From contig CAZUSP010000002.1 of assembly GCA_964623505.1 (NCBI GenBank), positions 1 to 48,464 on the forward strand: a stretch of DNA of 48,464 nt. The letters run 5' to 3'. The notes beneath the pieces were generated by a model that worked only from the letters and a program-made list of their open reading frames with translations, was not told where the DNA came from and searched no databases. The translations under genes and the position numbers were made by a program. This stretch comes from an uncultured Candidatus Saccharibacteria bacterium. GTDB taxonomy: Bacteria > Patescibacteriota > Minisyncoccia > Minisyncoccales > UBA1441. This document shows, one piece after another, positions 36,642 to 45,971 of the stretch (positions are counted from its first letter, which is position 1; each line of letters begins with the position of its first letter).

Positions 36642-37439
36642 TTAATTTTGATGCTGAAAAAAGTCAACCAGAATTGAAGAAAGTAGCTCCGGTTGTTCTA
36701 TCTGGGGACTGTGTCCAACCCCGGGCATGATTTTCATAATCGAGCAAGAAATGCCCTGATGGAAGCGGTAAGCCTGTTTCACCGGCACGATATGGTCCTT
36801 TTCGCCCCAGACGATTAAGGTTGGAATCTTGATGTTGCCCAAGTACCCGGAAAGATCTTCTTCAACAACCCGGCGAAATGTCTCTCTCATTATTTTTGAA
36901 ACTTTCAAATAATCTCTTTGCCGCAAAAGGTGGTAATAGAAATCTCGAGCCGGATCTTTGAAGCGGCCCAGCCTCATCCGGTCCATCAGCTGGCTGGCTG
37001 ATTTGGCTAAATTAGAGACAATTTGCAGCTTCAAATTAGTATCTGAACTTAATCCAGCCGCCCCGCATAAAACCAGGGCCCTGATCGGCAAAGAATCCCT
37101 GATTGATGCCTTGATCATTATCCGCCCGCCAAAAGAATGACCAATAAAAATAATTTTATTTGAGAATTCTGAATTTCTTTTCGCTAATTCAGCAACAAAC
37201 GACTCCAGCCACTGAACATAGTCATCAATGCACCATCCTCGCGGAGGCAAACTGCTTTCCCCAAAGCCGATCAAATCGGGAACGACTACTTTAAAACCAG
37301 CCGCGGCTATCTTTTGTTGAACAATTTTCCACGGCTCGGCCCGGCTGCCCCAACCATGCAAAATCACTACCGGCTCTCCCGAACCAATGATCTGGTAGTT
37401 CACTTTTAGATTTCCAACTTGAACCTGTTTATTCATCAA
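36642..37439 (-). CDS. alpha/beta-fold hydrolase
   Basis: VILHGWGS and the GHSFGG nucleophile elbow. C-terminal GHSPQIE histidine. Confidence 0.75.
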   Translation of the reverse strand: MMNKQVQVGNLKVNYQIIGSGEPVVILHGWGSRAEPWKIVQQKIAAAGFKVVVPDLIGFGESSLPPRGWCIDDYVQWLESFVAELAKRNSEFSNKIIFIGHSFGGRIMIKASIRDSLPIRALVLCGAAGLSSDTNLKLQIVSNLAKSASQLMDRMRLGRFKDPARDFYYHLLRQRDYLKVSKIMRETFRRVVEEDLSGYLGNIKIPTLIVWGEKDHIVPVKQAYRFHQGISCSIMKIMPGVGHSPQIEQPELLSSILVDFFQHQN

Positions 37440-38668
37440 GAGATCTTCTTAAAACCCGTTCTTTTTTGCAAAATCTTGGGGACGTTCACCGACCCATCTT
37501 TATTTTGGCAGTTTTCAATGATAACGGCCATAATTCGACCCATCGCCAAAGCGGTGCCATTAATAGTATGGACATAATCTATTTCGTCTTTGGCGCGATA
37601 GCGAATATTTAATCCGCGAGACTGGTAATCCGTACAGTTGGAGGAAGAGTGGGTCTCTCGATATTTGTTCTCAAACGGCATCCAGGACTCAATGTCGACC
37701 GTAGCCGCTGAGGGCTTGGCCAGATCGCCGCTGCAAAGTTGAACTACCCGATAGGGTATCTCCAGGGATTGCATTATCTTTTCTTGAATTTCAATGAAAA
37801 GCTGATGCTCCCGGCTTGATTCTTCTGGCCGACAAAAACTGAACAATTCGGCCTTGTCAAACTGATGCACTCTTAAGATGCCCTTGAGGTCCCGACCATA
37901 AGTCCCGGCTTCTCGTCGAAAACAAGTCGAGTAAGACAGATAACGAATCGGCAAACTGTCCAAAATTTCATCTTGATACATGGCCGCGATGCTTTGCTCT
38001 GAAGTTCCCACCAGATTTAAATTATCCTTTTCGATAAAATAAAGATTGCTTTCTTTAAGATCGGTATAGCCCATGTTGGCCATCAGCTCGGGCTTTATCA
38101 TCACTGGGGGCAGCACTAGTTTAAATCCGAATTCTTGAACCAGTTCAAAAACCAGATCTAAAAGAGCAAATTGCAAAACGACCAGGTTGTTCTTGAGGTA
38201 GCTAAATCGGCGGCCGGCAATTTTAGTTGCCCGAGGAATATCGATCAGATCCAAAGATTCTCCTAAATCAATGTAACTTTTAACGGGAAAATCAAATTGG
38301 GGCCGTTGGCCGACAGTTTTCACAACCACATTGCCGTTTTCGTTCTTTCCTTCTGGAACTTCCGGAAGAAGCACATTCGGAATTTCCGACAGCTTTTCGA
38401 CCCATTTTATCTCCACTTCTTTAAGCCGGAGCTCGGCCTCTTTGATTTTTTTCTTGATTTCCTGACCTTGATTTATCTTGGCCTGGTCAATCGATTTCTC
38501 CCGAGACAATTTGTTTCTTGACTGCCTAAGATCATCGATTTGCTTGATAATTTTACGTCTGGTTTTATCATCTTTTGAAAAATTATTGAAATCAAAATCA
38601 AAACCCCGCCGTCGACAACTTTCTTGAACCAGTTCTTGATTTTTCCTGATCAATTCGGGATTAATCAT
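37436..38668 (-). CDS. serS: seryl-tRNA synthetase
   Basis: N-terminal coiled-coil arm, FRREAG (motif 2), TLNGTALA-like INGTALAMGR (motif 3). Confidence 0.9.
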   Translation of the reverse strand: MINPELIRKNQELVQESCRRRGFDFDFNNFSKDDKTRRKIIKQIDDLRQSRNKLSREKSIDQAKINQGQEIKKKIKEAELRLKEVEIKWVEKLSEIPNVLLPEVPEGKNENGNVVVKTVGQRPQFDFPVKSYIDLGESLDLIDIPRATKIAGRRFSYLKNNLVVLQFALLDLVFELVQEFGFKLVLPPVMIKPELMANMGYTDLKESNLYFIEKDNLNLVGTSEQSIAAMYQDEILDSLPIRYLSYSTCFRREAGTYGRDLKGILRVHQFDKAELFSFCRPEESSREHQLFIEIQEKIMQSLEIPYRVVQLCSGDLAKPSAATVDIESWMPFENKYRETHSSSNCTDYQSRGLNIRYRAKDEIDYVHTINGTALAMGRIMAVIIENCQNKDGSVNVPKILQKRTGFKKIS

Positions 38669-38669
38669 A

Positions 38670-40133
38670 TCATTTAGGACGATTGGTCGGAAATAAAATA
38701 ACCTCTCTCAAAGAATGCACGTTGGCCATCAGTACTGCCAGTCGGTCAACCCCCAAACCAAAGCCGCCAGCCGGCGGCATGCCATATTCCAGGGCCTGTA
38801 AAAACTCTTCATCCATTCTCTGGGCTTCTTTGAACCCTCGGCAGAATATCTTTTCTTGAGCTTCAAAGACCTGTCTTTGTTTCCGGGGATCATTTTGCTC
38901 GGAAAATGCATTGATCAGCTCCCAACCGGCAATGACCAGCTGGAAGTTTTCCGTACAGCCAGTCACTTTTTTCGACTCTTTCGCCAGGGGAAATGAACCG
39001 ACCGGGTGATGAATGATAAAAGTAGGCGACCATATTTTCGGCCGACAGTATTTTTTATAAATCAGATCGGCTATTTCTGCTTTGCTCGCACCTTTAGGTA
39101 TTTCAACATCCAACTTCTTGGCTTTTTCTTTTAAAGCCCTTTCATCAACTTCAAATATGTCAATACCTGTCTCTTTTTTAATCAACTGGCCAAACTCAAT
39201 TCTTGGCCAAGGAGTTTTCAGGTCTATCACTCCTTCGCCATACTTGAACTTGAGGCCGCCATGAATTCTTTTCGCCAAAGCTTTGAACATTTCTTCATTA
39301 AGTTTCATCAGGTCTTTATAGTTAGCATAAGCCCAATAGAACTCCAGCATGGTAAACTCTGGATTGTGAGCCCGATCAATGCCTTCGTTTCTAAAATTAC
39401 GAGCCAGTTCATAGACTTTGTCAAAACCGGCGATTAAAAGCCTCTTTAAATAAAGCTCCGGGGCAATACGCAGAAAAAGATCCAGATCCAAAGCATTTAA
39501 ATGAGTGCGAAAAGGCTGGGCCTTGGCCCCCCCATATTGAGTCTGTAAAATCGGGGTTTCAACCTCTAAAAAACCTTTCGCCTCCAAGAAAAAACGGATC
39601 TCGGCAATCAAACGAGATCTCATTTCGAAAATCTGTCTGATCTCTGGATTGAGCAGAATATCGAGATAACGTTGGCGATATCTTAGTTCTTGGTCTTTCA
39701 ATCCATACCACTCGCTTGGCAGTGGAAACAAAGATTTAGTCAACAGAACCAAGCCGTAGGCCTTCAAGCTCTTTTCCCCGGTTTTGGTCTTAAACAGCAC
39801 ACCTTTAACTTGAACAAAATCCCCCGTGTCTACATTCTCTTTGAAAAAATCAAACGGCCTTGGTCCAATGGTGTTGCGGCGCACAAAAATCTGTATTCGC
39901 CCGCTGCCGTCCTGCAGATCGAAAAATGCCGACCCTCCATGCTGTCTGATGGCCATAACTCGACCAACTAAGAATATCTCTTTTTTTGATCGACTTATCT
40001 TGGAAAAACCAGATAATGCTTGTTCGATCTCAAAGCTTTTTTTTGACCGAGCAGGATATGGGTCAATCCCCTCTTTGAGCATTTTCAAGCTCTTATCGAT
40101 CCGATTTTTCTTTATTTGATCTCGATTGATCAT
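38670..40133 (-). CDS. lysS: lysyl-tRNA synthetase, class II
   Basis: OB fold, RQRYLDIL, FRNEGID..HNPEFTMLE, GGFGLGVDRL. Confidence 0.92.
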   Translation of the reverse strand: MINRDQIKKNRIDKSLKMLKEGIDPYPARSKKSFEIEQALSGFSKISRSKKEIFLVGRVMAIRQHGGSAFFDLQDGSGRIQIFVRRNTIGPRPFDFFKENVDTGDFVQVKGVLFKTKTGEKSLKAYGLVLLTKSLFPLPSEWYGLKDQELRYRQRYLDILLNPEIRQIFEMRSRLIAEIRFFLEAKGFLEVETPILQTQYGGAKAQPFRTHLNALDLDLFLRIAPELYLKRLLIAGFDKVYELARNFRNEGIDRAHNPEFTMLEFYWAYANYKDLMKLNEEMFKALAKRIHGGLKFKYGEGVIDLKTPWPRIEFGQLIKKETGIDIFEVDERALKEKAKKLDVEIPKGASKAEIADLIYKKYCRPKIWSPTFIIHHPVGSFPLAKESKKVTGCTENFQLVIAGWELINAFSEQNDPRKQRQVFEAQEKIFCRGFKEAQRMDEEFLQALEYGMPPAGGFGLGVDRLAVLMANVHSLREVILFPTNRPK

Positions 40134-40145
40134 AGATCGCCCGAC

Positions 40146-42038
40146 TTACTGAAATTTATCATCTTTGTGGTCAAAATACAAACCAAGGACCTCTTGAGCC
40201 ACTGAACGAACAGCGATCATGCTTCCATAAACATCTCTGATCATAAAAACCATGACAATTTCCGGTTCTTCGTAGGGGGCAAAAAGGGCAATCCAGTTGT
40301 GATAAACCCGATCACGGTCGGTCTGGGCTGTTCCTGTTTTTAAGGCGGTAGTCACTTTTAAATTATTTAAAGAATGCGTTGGACTTTGCGGAGAAGTAAC
40401 GGCTTGCCTCATTCCCTCTCGAACAACTTGGATACTTTCGAGGCTAGCAACTGATGAATTGGTTGTCTTCGGTTGAATTTCTTGAATCAATTCTTTCTGT
40501 CCCCCATTCTGATGAATAATTCGGTCAACAACTTGTGGTTGATAAACAACCCCCCCATTAGCGATAGCGGCATAAGCAGTCGCCACCTGAACCGGGGTAA
40601 CGCTAAAGATTCCCTGTCCAATTGAAAGATGATAAGTATTGCCAAGGCGCCAATTTTCATCTATTTTAGGCAAGATTCCCTGGCCTTCATTGGGCAGGTC
40701 AATGCCGGTCAGCTCGCCCCAATTGAATCTTTCAAGCCAATTTCGAAGCTTGTTCGGGCCAAGTCCTTGAATGTTTTGGTACCCTCCGCCAATGATGTAA
40801 AAATAAGTATTAACCGATTCGGCAATGGCTCGACGCAGATCGGTCATTCCATGAAAGCGCCAGTCTCGAAAACACTGCTGCTCTCCGGTGTAGCGATGGG
40901 TAGCACATATCTTCTGCGGAGCATATATCTTCTGATCTGGATCAATCACTTTTTCTTCCAAAGCCGCCACGCTAATTATTGGTTTAATGATTGAACCAGT
41001 AGCATAGCCAATTCCAGAAATGGCCTGATTAAATAATGAAAAGTCGGGTCGAGCAGTCATCTCGGACATCTCTTCGGCGGATAAAAAATGCCCAAAAATA
41101 TTGTTATCATAACCTGGCATGCTGACTAGGGCCCGGACGGCTCCGTTGCGGGGGTCCAGGGCTACGGCATTGGCCTCGCTAGCGCCCACTTCGATCATTT
41201 TTTCTCTTAAGACCCGCTCCATGATTACCTGCAGCTCATGATCTATGTTCAACACCAGACTATAGCCCGGTTGAGGTTCTTCCACGATCTTATCGGCCAA
41301 GATCCGGCCCCTGGCATCTCTCTCGATTTGACGACTGCCTGGCCGGTCTTTCAAATAATTATCATAATACTGCTCAATTCCCGCCGCTCCTATTTGATCA
41401 GCTCGCGAAACATACCCTAAGACATGCGACAGCCCCCCCTCTTCAACATAATGACGGATCAGATCCTTTTCTACCACCACTCCCGGCCAATCTTCGGACT
41501 TGGTTTCCCAAATTATTATCTGGTCATAGGTAAGATCTGCCTGAAGAATAATCCTTGACTCGTTCTTAGAATGAAGTTTTTCATTCAATTCTGCATCTGG
41601 AATTTCTGTAAAATCAGACAATCGTTTCTGCCACCACTCTCTCTGGACCGGGTCGCTGGGCAGTCCATTAGGGTCAATAATCAGCCGATAAACTGTTTGG
41701 TTGCGAACCAACTGATTCATGAAGCGATCATAGATAACCCCTCTTTCCGCCCTGATCGCGCTGGCAATAAACCGATTGTTTGCCGCCCGATGAAGATATT
41801 CCTGTCCTCCAACCAACTGGAACCAAGAAATTCTTCCTAGGAGCACTAGAAAAATAAAAACCACTCCGCACCAAAGAAGCCAGATCTTTTTTTCCGCCAA
41901 AGGCCGCTCAATCTTACCGTCTGATTCTGGAATTTCTCTTTCTTTGTCTTGAGCCAGTTTGTCGAGAAAAACCTCATGAGGTTCAATGCTTTCTTGAAAA
42001 GAGCGGCTGGCCTTTAATTTATGATAACGATTTATCAT
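40146..42038 (-). CDS. mrdA: penicillin-binding protein 2 (elongasome transpeptidase)
   Basis: N-terminal TM, dimerisation domain, SIIKP (SxxK), SVN, KTGTA. Follows mreC-mreD. Confidence 0.88.
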   Translation of the reverse strand: MINRYHKLKASRSFQESIEPHEVFLDKLAQDKEREIPESDGKIERPLAEKKIWLLWCGVVFIFLVLLGRISWFQLVGGQEYLHRAANNRFIASAIRAERGVIYDRFMNQLVRNQTVYRLIIDPNGLPSDPVQREWWQKRLSDFTEIPDAELNEKLHSKNESRIILQADLTYDQIIIWETKSEDWPGVVVEKDLIRHYVEEGGLSHVLGYVSRADQIGAAGIEQYYDNYLKDRPGSRQIERDARGRILADKIVEEPQPGYSLVLNIDHELQVIMERVLREKMIEVGASEANAVALDPRNGAVRALVSMPGYDNNIFGHFLSAEEMSEMTARPDFSLFNQAISGIGYATGSIIKPIISVAALEEKVIDPDQKIYAPQKICATHRYTGEQQCFRDWRFHGMTDLRRAIAESVNTYFYIIGGGYQNIQGLGPNKLRNWLERFNWGELTGIDLPNEGQGILPKIDENWRLGNTYHLSIGQGIFSVTPVQVATAYAAIANGGVVYQPQVVDRIIHQNGGQKELIQEIQPKTTNSSVASLESIQVVREGMRQAVTSPQSPTHSLNNLKVTTALKTGTAQTDRDRVYHNWIALFAPYEEPEIVMVFMIRDVYGSMIAVRSVAQEVLGLYFDHKDDKFQ

Positions 42039-42511
42039 GTTAAAAATCTCTGTTTAAAACGATTCGGCAGTAGTAACCAGAAGCCAACCATCAAGATACA
42101 GTGATACAGCAGCTGCGTGGTCAATAAACGAGGGTCAAAAATAAATGACGACTGTTCAAAAGCAATTATTAAAAGCCGAAGCGGCTCATAGCATACGCTT
42201 AAAACGATCAAACAAATAAAATAGCTTGGCCAATGCTTTAAGGAAAAATAATACTGCCCAATCTGCACCAAGCTCACTAACATAATCATGGCCAGCATGC
42301 CAGCACCTGCTTGGCCGTAATAAAGAACATCAAGCAGAAAACCCGTCCAGATAGCCAATAACCATGTCTTGAAAGAGTCATTGGAGCGCAAAGAAAACAA
42401 AAGAATAAATAATAACGCTAAATTGGGCCAAGCGCCATTTACTGGAAAATGAGACCAAAATCCCACTTGGAACAAGACCAGCAAATAAGAAAGAACGATC
42501 AGATGAATCAT
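42035..42511 (-). CDS. mreD: rod shape-determining protein MreD
   Basis: 158-aa polytopic protein between mreC and mrdA, with overlapping stops and starts. Confidence 0.7.
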   Translation of the reverse strand: MIHLIVLSYLLVLFQVGFWSHFPVNGAWPNLALLFILLFSLRSNDSFKTWLLAIWTGFLLDVLYYGQAGAGMLAMIMLVSLVQIGQYYFSLKHWPSYFICLIVLSVCYEPLRLLIIAFEQSSFIFDPRLLTTQLLYHCILMVGFWLLLPNRFKQRFLT

Positions 42512-43326
42512 TATATTTCTTTAATCACAAGAATTATGTCTGGTCTGAAATTCAGGAAAAAAAGAGAGACCTCAGCCTGCATTAAAGAACGGATATCGTC
42601 TTTTTCCAGAGAAACAATTTGACCAATCAAAAGTCCAGCTGGATATTGATCCTTAAAAAAATCAGTCACCAGATTATCCCCCACCCGAATGGGCTGGTCG
42701 ATGATGGTTGAACTCAAAACTGCCCTTAAACCACCCATTCCCCGCAAAAGACCAAATCCTTCAGACCTCACTGTCTTGGCTTTAACCAATGAATCAGCGT
42801 GAGATATCATTCTGACCCGAGATTGATTCCGATAAGCTTCTTCAATCAATCCGATCAAAACATGTCTGGAATTAATAACTGGCTGGCCGGAAACGACTCC
42901 ATCTCTTTGACCGAGATTGATCAAAAACCAGTCCTGGGATGAATTAAAATAACTCACTCGACCGATAGAGGTTTGCCAATCAAAAACCCGATCGCTGACC
43001 TTAACTGCTTCTAACAAGGACTCTTTTTCCGCCAGAAGATGATTTTTGCGGCTTAAATCGATTAAAAGATCTTGTTTTTCGAGCCGCAAACGGTCTCTTT
43101 CTTCTCTGATCTCGCTTTTATCTCCGAAAAAATAGCCAAAAGAAGAGATCCTCTTCCCCAAATGACTAAAAACCTGATAAATTGGACGAGAAATAGAATA
43201 AACCGCGCCCTCGGGAATTAGTTCAAAACGAACTGCCCCTAAAAACAAAAGAATGAGAGTTAAAACAAGAATGGCCTTGAGATGGTTCCCTTTTTTCATT
43301 GCCTTAATTATATCCCAAAAGGCCAT
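42511..43326 (-). CDS. mreC: rod shape-determining protein MreC
   Basis: TM, coiled coil (REERDRLRLEKQDLL), beta-barrel region with typical G-rich motifs (GLLRGMGG, YPAGLLIGQI). The true start may be the internal MKKGNH Met. Confidence 0.8.
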   Translation of the reverse strand: MAFWDIIKAMKKGNHLKAILVLTLILLFLGAVRFELIPEGAVYSISRPIYQVFSHLGKRISSFGYFFGDKSEIREERDRLRLEKQDLLIDLSRKNHLLAEKESLLEAVKVSDRVFDWQTSIGRVSYFNSSQDWFLINLGQRDGVVSGQPVINSRHVLIGLIEEAYRNQSRVRMISHADSLVKAKTVRSEGFGLLRGMGGLRAVLSSTIIDQPIRVGDNLVTDFFKDQYPAGLLIGQIVSLEKDDIRSLMQAEVSLFFLNFRPDIILVIKEI

Positions 43327-43336
43327 AAACTGAAAT

Positions 43337-43360
43337 AAAAAAAACCGCCCAAAGGCGGTC
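43337..43360 (-). terminator. rho-independent terminator of the rRNA operon
   Basis: The minus strand reads gaccgcc-tttg-ggcggt followed by T8, directly 3' of 5S rRNA. Confidence 0.7.
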
Positions 43361-43371
43361 TTTTAAAATGC

Positions 43372-43490
43372 GCTCGGGTGGCGGCGTCCTACTTTCGCGG
43401 AAAACCACTATCATCGGCCTAGAAGTATTTCACGACTGAGGTCGGAATGGGATCAGGTGGGACAACTTCAGCATAGCCGCCACCCGAAAG
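43372..43490 (-). rRNA. rrf: 5S rRNA
   Basis: The reverse complement reads ...GGTGGCGGCTATGC...CCCACCTGATCCCATTCCGACCTCAGTCGTGAAA...GTAGGACGCCGCCACC. Helix I pairs 43374-43385 with 43476-43487. Confidence 0.9.
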
Positions 43491-43758
43491 CATTTTTAGC
43501 AACTATTAATTGCCAGCCAATTTAAAAGCAATAAAGAAGGTTTAAGATTATTAGTATCTCTCGGCTCAATACCTTACGGTACTTACACCTGAGACCTATC
43601 AACCCGGTCGTCTTCCGGGAATCTGTGAATCCTAATCTTGAAGTGAGCTTCGCACTTTAGATGCTTTCAGTGCTTATCTCATCCCGACATAGCTACCCAG
43701 CAATGCTCCTGGCGGAACAACTGGTACACCAGAGGTCAGTTCATTCTGGTCCTCTCGT

Positions 43759-44143
43759 CAAGTCTCTCCTGTATTTCTGCAGGCTTAGACTATATCTTCA
43801 TCCGTCCAAACGAACGGAGCCGGCGTGTGATGAAAGTTAATGCTTAAAAGCTTCCCTTCCATCTCTTGCTTATTCAGCAAGAAGTCGTTACGGGGACAAG
43901 CCATGGCTCTAAAATAGCGCTTATATCAAAAGGAAACCAGCGATATAAGCCAGATCAACGGCTTTAACTTTTGCTTGTCTTCCCACGGTATTGCCTTAGT
44001 TGATATTCGGTCCTCAAGTAAATTGCCCCACCAGACATTGGACCAGCAAGTCCTATGGGTTCGATGGTCGAATATTTAATGAAGGTTTCACCGTTTTTAG
44101 CCAGATTGTCATCGCAGATTACTCTGCGAAGTAGCAATTTCTT
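43759..44143 (-). mobile_element. group I intron 1, inserted in the sarcin-ricin loop (about E. coli 2656)
   Basis: Flanking exons join to CUUAGU|ACGAGAGGACC. The 5' exon ends in U and the intron ends in G. The core includes GGCAAUACCGUGGGAAG and GAAGAUAUAGUCU. 385 nt. Confidence 0.8.
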
Positions 44144-44205
44144 ACTAAGAATGACTCTTCTCAAGATTCAGCGCCTGCGGTAGATAGGGACCAACCTGTC
44201 TCACG

Positions 44206-44903
44206 CTAATTTTTGCTTGCATCTGTTACCAGATGGATCGGACTATACCATCATCCTTTCTAAAAAAGGAGACCGACGTATTATGAAAGTTTTCTCTTCC
44301 ATCTTCATGCAAAACATGAAAGTCTCTACGGGGTCGATATATGACTAATGCGCCTCTTTGAATAATTCAAGTCTTTGAAAGTATTAGCTGGCTGTACAAG
44401 CCGAGCGAAATTATTTTCGCTTTTGATTTTCTTTCTTTGATCAAGAATTTTCAGTATAAGGTCTGCCCGCTTTTTCATCACTAAAAATGGCTTAACTGAC
44501 TTTAGAAACTTCTCAATTTCTTCATCTTTGCTAACAACATGCTCCCGGATGCCATTTTTTCTGATTCTTAAGCAACCATCCTATGTCTTTGCAAACCCCT
44601 TTCGAATTCTTTTTGATGTTTTTGCGACTGAAATAACACTACGTACGGCACAACCTGAAAGTTGTAACGATTGGTTGTGTTTGGCTTTAATCGCACATAG
44701 ATACCTCCGTCGCCATCCAAGAATCCCGCCAGGTATGTTTGACGCAGACTTTGTGATTTAGACATATACGACTTCCCTCGGTATTACCCTAACTTATGAC
44801 AAGTTGAAAGACAATAGCTAGGAATTCACCGATATGAGTCGGTTTTTCAATTCACTTTACAGTGGAAAGCCGCCGTGTGAATTCGATGTTGTGGTTCGTT
44901 TTA
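44206..44903 (-). mobile_element. group I intron 2 at about E. coli 2593 (the I-CreI-type site)
   Basis: Exons join to GGGUUCAAACCGU|CGUGAGACAGGUUGG. U(-1) and terminal G are present. The core includes GGUAAUACCGAGGGAAG and GGUAUAGUCC. 698 nt. Confidence 0.85.
44326..44765 (-). pseudogene. I-CreI-like single-motif LAGLIDADG homing endonuclease gene, disrupted
   Basis: MSKSQSLRQTYLAGFLDGDGGIYVRLKPNTTNRYNFQVVPYVVLFQSQKHQKEF, then frame changes and a TAG. It continues CLRIRKNGIREHVVSKDEEIEKFLKSVKPFLVMKKRADLILKILDQRKKIKSENNF, collinear with the I-CreI architecture. Confidence 0.75.
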
Positions 44904-44996
44904 ACGGTTTGAACCCAGCTCACGTAAGATTTTAATCGGCGAACAGCCGAACCCTTGGAACCTTCTCCAGCTCCAGGATATCTTGAGCCGACATCG

Positions 44997-45490
44997 CTGT
45001 CGTATTTTACTCTTCTTACGAAGAGGTTCGGACTATACCTTCATCCATTCTTCTCTGAGAGAAAAATGGAGTCGGCATCTGATAGTGTGTTTTGACACTA
45101 TCTCACTCTACTTAGTATTCTCTCGCGAAAACACTAAGATCGAGATTAGTCTCTACGGGATTTAACCAATTTATAACGAAAGACTTTAGCTGATTGTACT
45201 TCCAATCAACGTAGTCTCGCTGATTGATGCTGCGATTTATCTCTAAAAAGTCATCCGCACGCCCTTTTAGCCGCCTTGAATAGCCATCTCCTGGAATTGT
45301 TCCAACTAGGATAGATCGCTGAAATTGGTCTAAACTTCCCACGGTATTGCCCATAAATTAAAAGACTCAGGTAGCGAATTCTACCATATTTTAATCATGG
45401 GTTTCACCGTTATGAGCCGATTTTCTCTGCCCTCGTCCCAAGACAGAGCTATCCCGATTGCTCGGGAAAACACCCCGATATGTGTTTTTG
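44997..45490 (-). mobile_element. group I intron 3 at about E. coli 2500
   Basis: Exons join to GUUCGACACCU|CGAUGUCGGCUC. U(-1) and terminal G are present. The core includes GGCAAUACCGUGGGAAG and GGUAUAGUCC. 494 nt. Confidence 0.85.
45165..45354 (-). pseudogene. N-terminal remnant of a LAGLIDADG endonuclease ORF
   Basis: MGNTVGSLDQFQRSILVGTIPGDGYSRRLKGRADDFLEINRSINQRDYVDWKYNQL, with LAGLIDADG-like LVGTIPGDG. The ORF then runs into intron core sequence, so only about a third of a full-length enzyme remains. Confidence 0.6.
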
Positions 45491-45728
45491 AGGTGTCGAA
45501 CAGGGCCGTAGATATGGACTCGTGGGCCCTACTAACCTGTTATCCCCGGGGTAACTTTTATCTGATGATCTTCCGTAGTTCTACGAATTACGGTCGGTTC
45601 ACTAAGCTCCTCTTTCGAGACTGCGCGGCATAGCCGCCTTGCAGTAAAGCCAGCTTATAGCTTTGCCCTATCGCTTCGATTTCCATCCGAAGCTAGCTGA
45701 CCTTTAGACGCCTCCGTTACTATTTAGG

Positions 45729-45971
45729 CAATCGTGTTGGCTCGATCTTATAATTGAACATTGGAATCATAAATGGGGAAATTATTTGCCTGAATCTTTC
45801 AGCGCTTGAGCCGATAATATAAATTCTCCATTTTTTCTTCGCATACTTATTTTGAGCATGTAATCTTGCTTCGACACCACACCTCACTTTAAGTGTTTTC
45901 CGCAAACTTTTCAGATCATTCTCGGTAAAATCCAAACTATGAATTTGTGTTTCGATTAATCTTGAATACAT
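45729..45971 (-). pseudogene. C-terminal remnant of a LAGLIDADG endonuclease ORF in the intron 3' (P9-side) extension
   Basis: ...DFTENDLKSLRKTLKVRCGVEARLHAQNKYAKKKWRIYIIGSSAERFRQIISPFMIPMFNYKI resembles the second half of LAGLIDADG enzymes. No LAGLIDADG motif or N-terminal half is present. Confidence 0.5.

Noticed and set aside
43964-44164. A 66-aa ORF that could have been called the endonuclease of intron 1.
   Set aside because: It starts inside 23S exon sequence, reads through the splice site and intron core, and has no LAGLIDADG motif. The only endonuclease-like trace in this intron (DLAYIAGFL) is in another frame and terminated.
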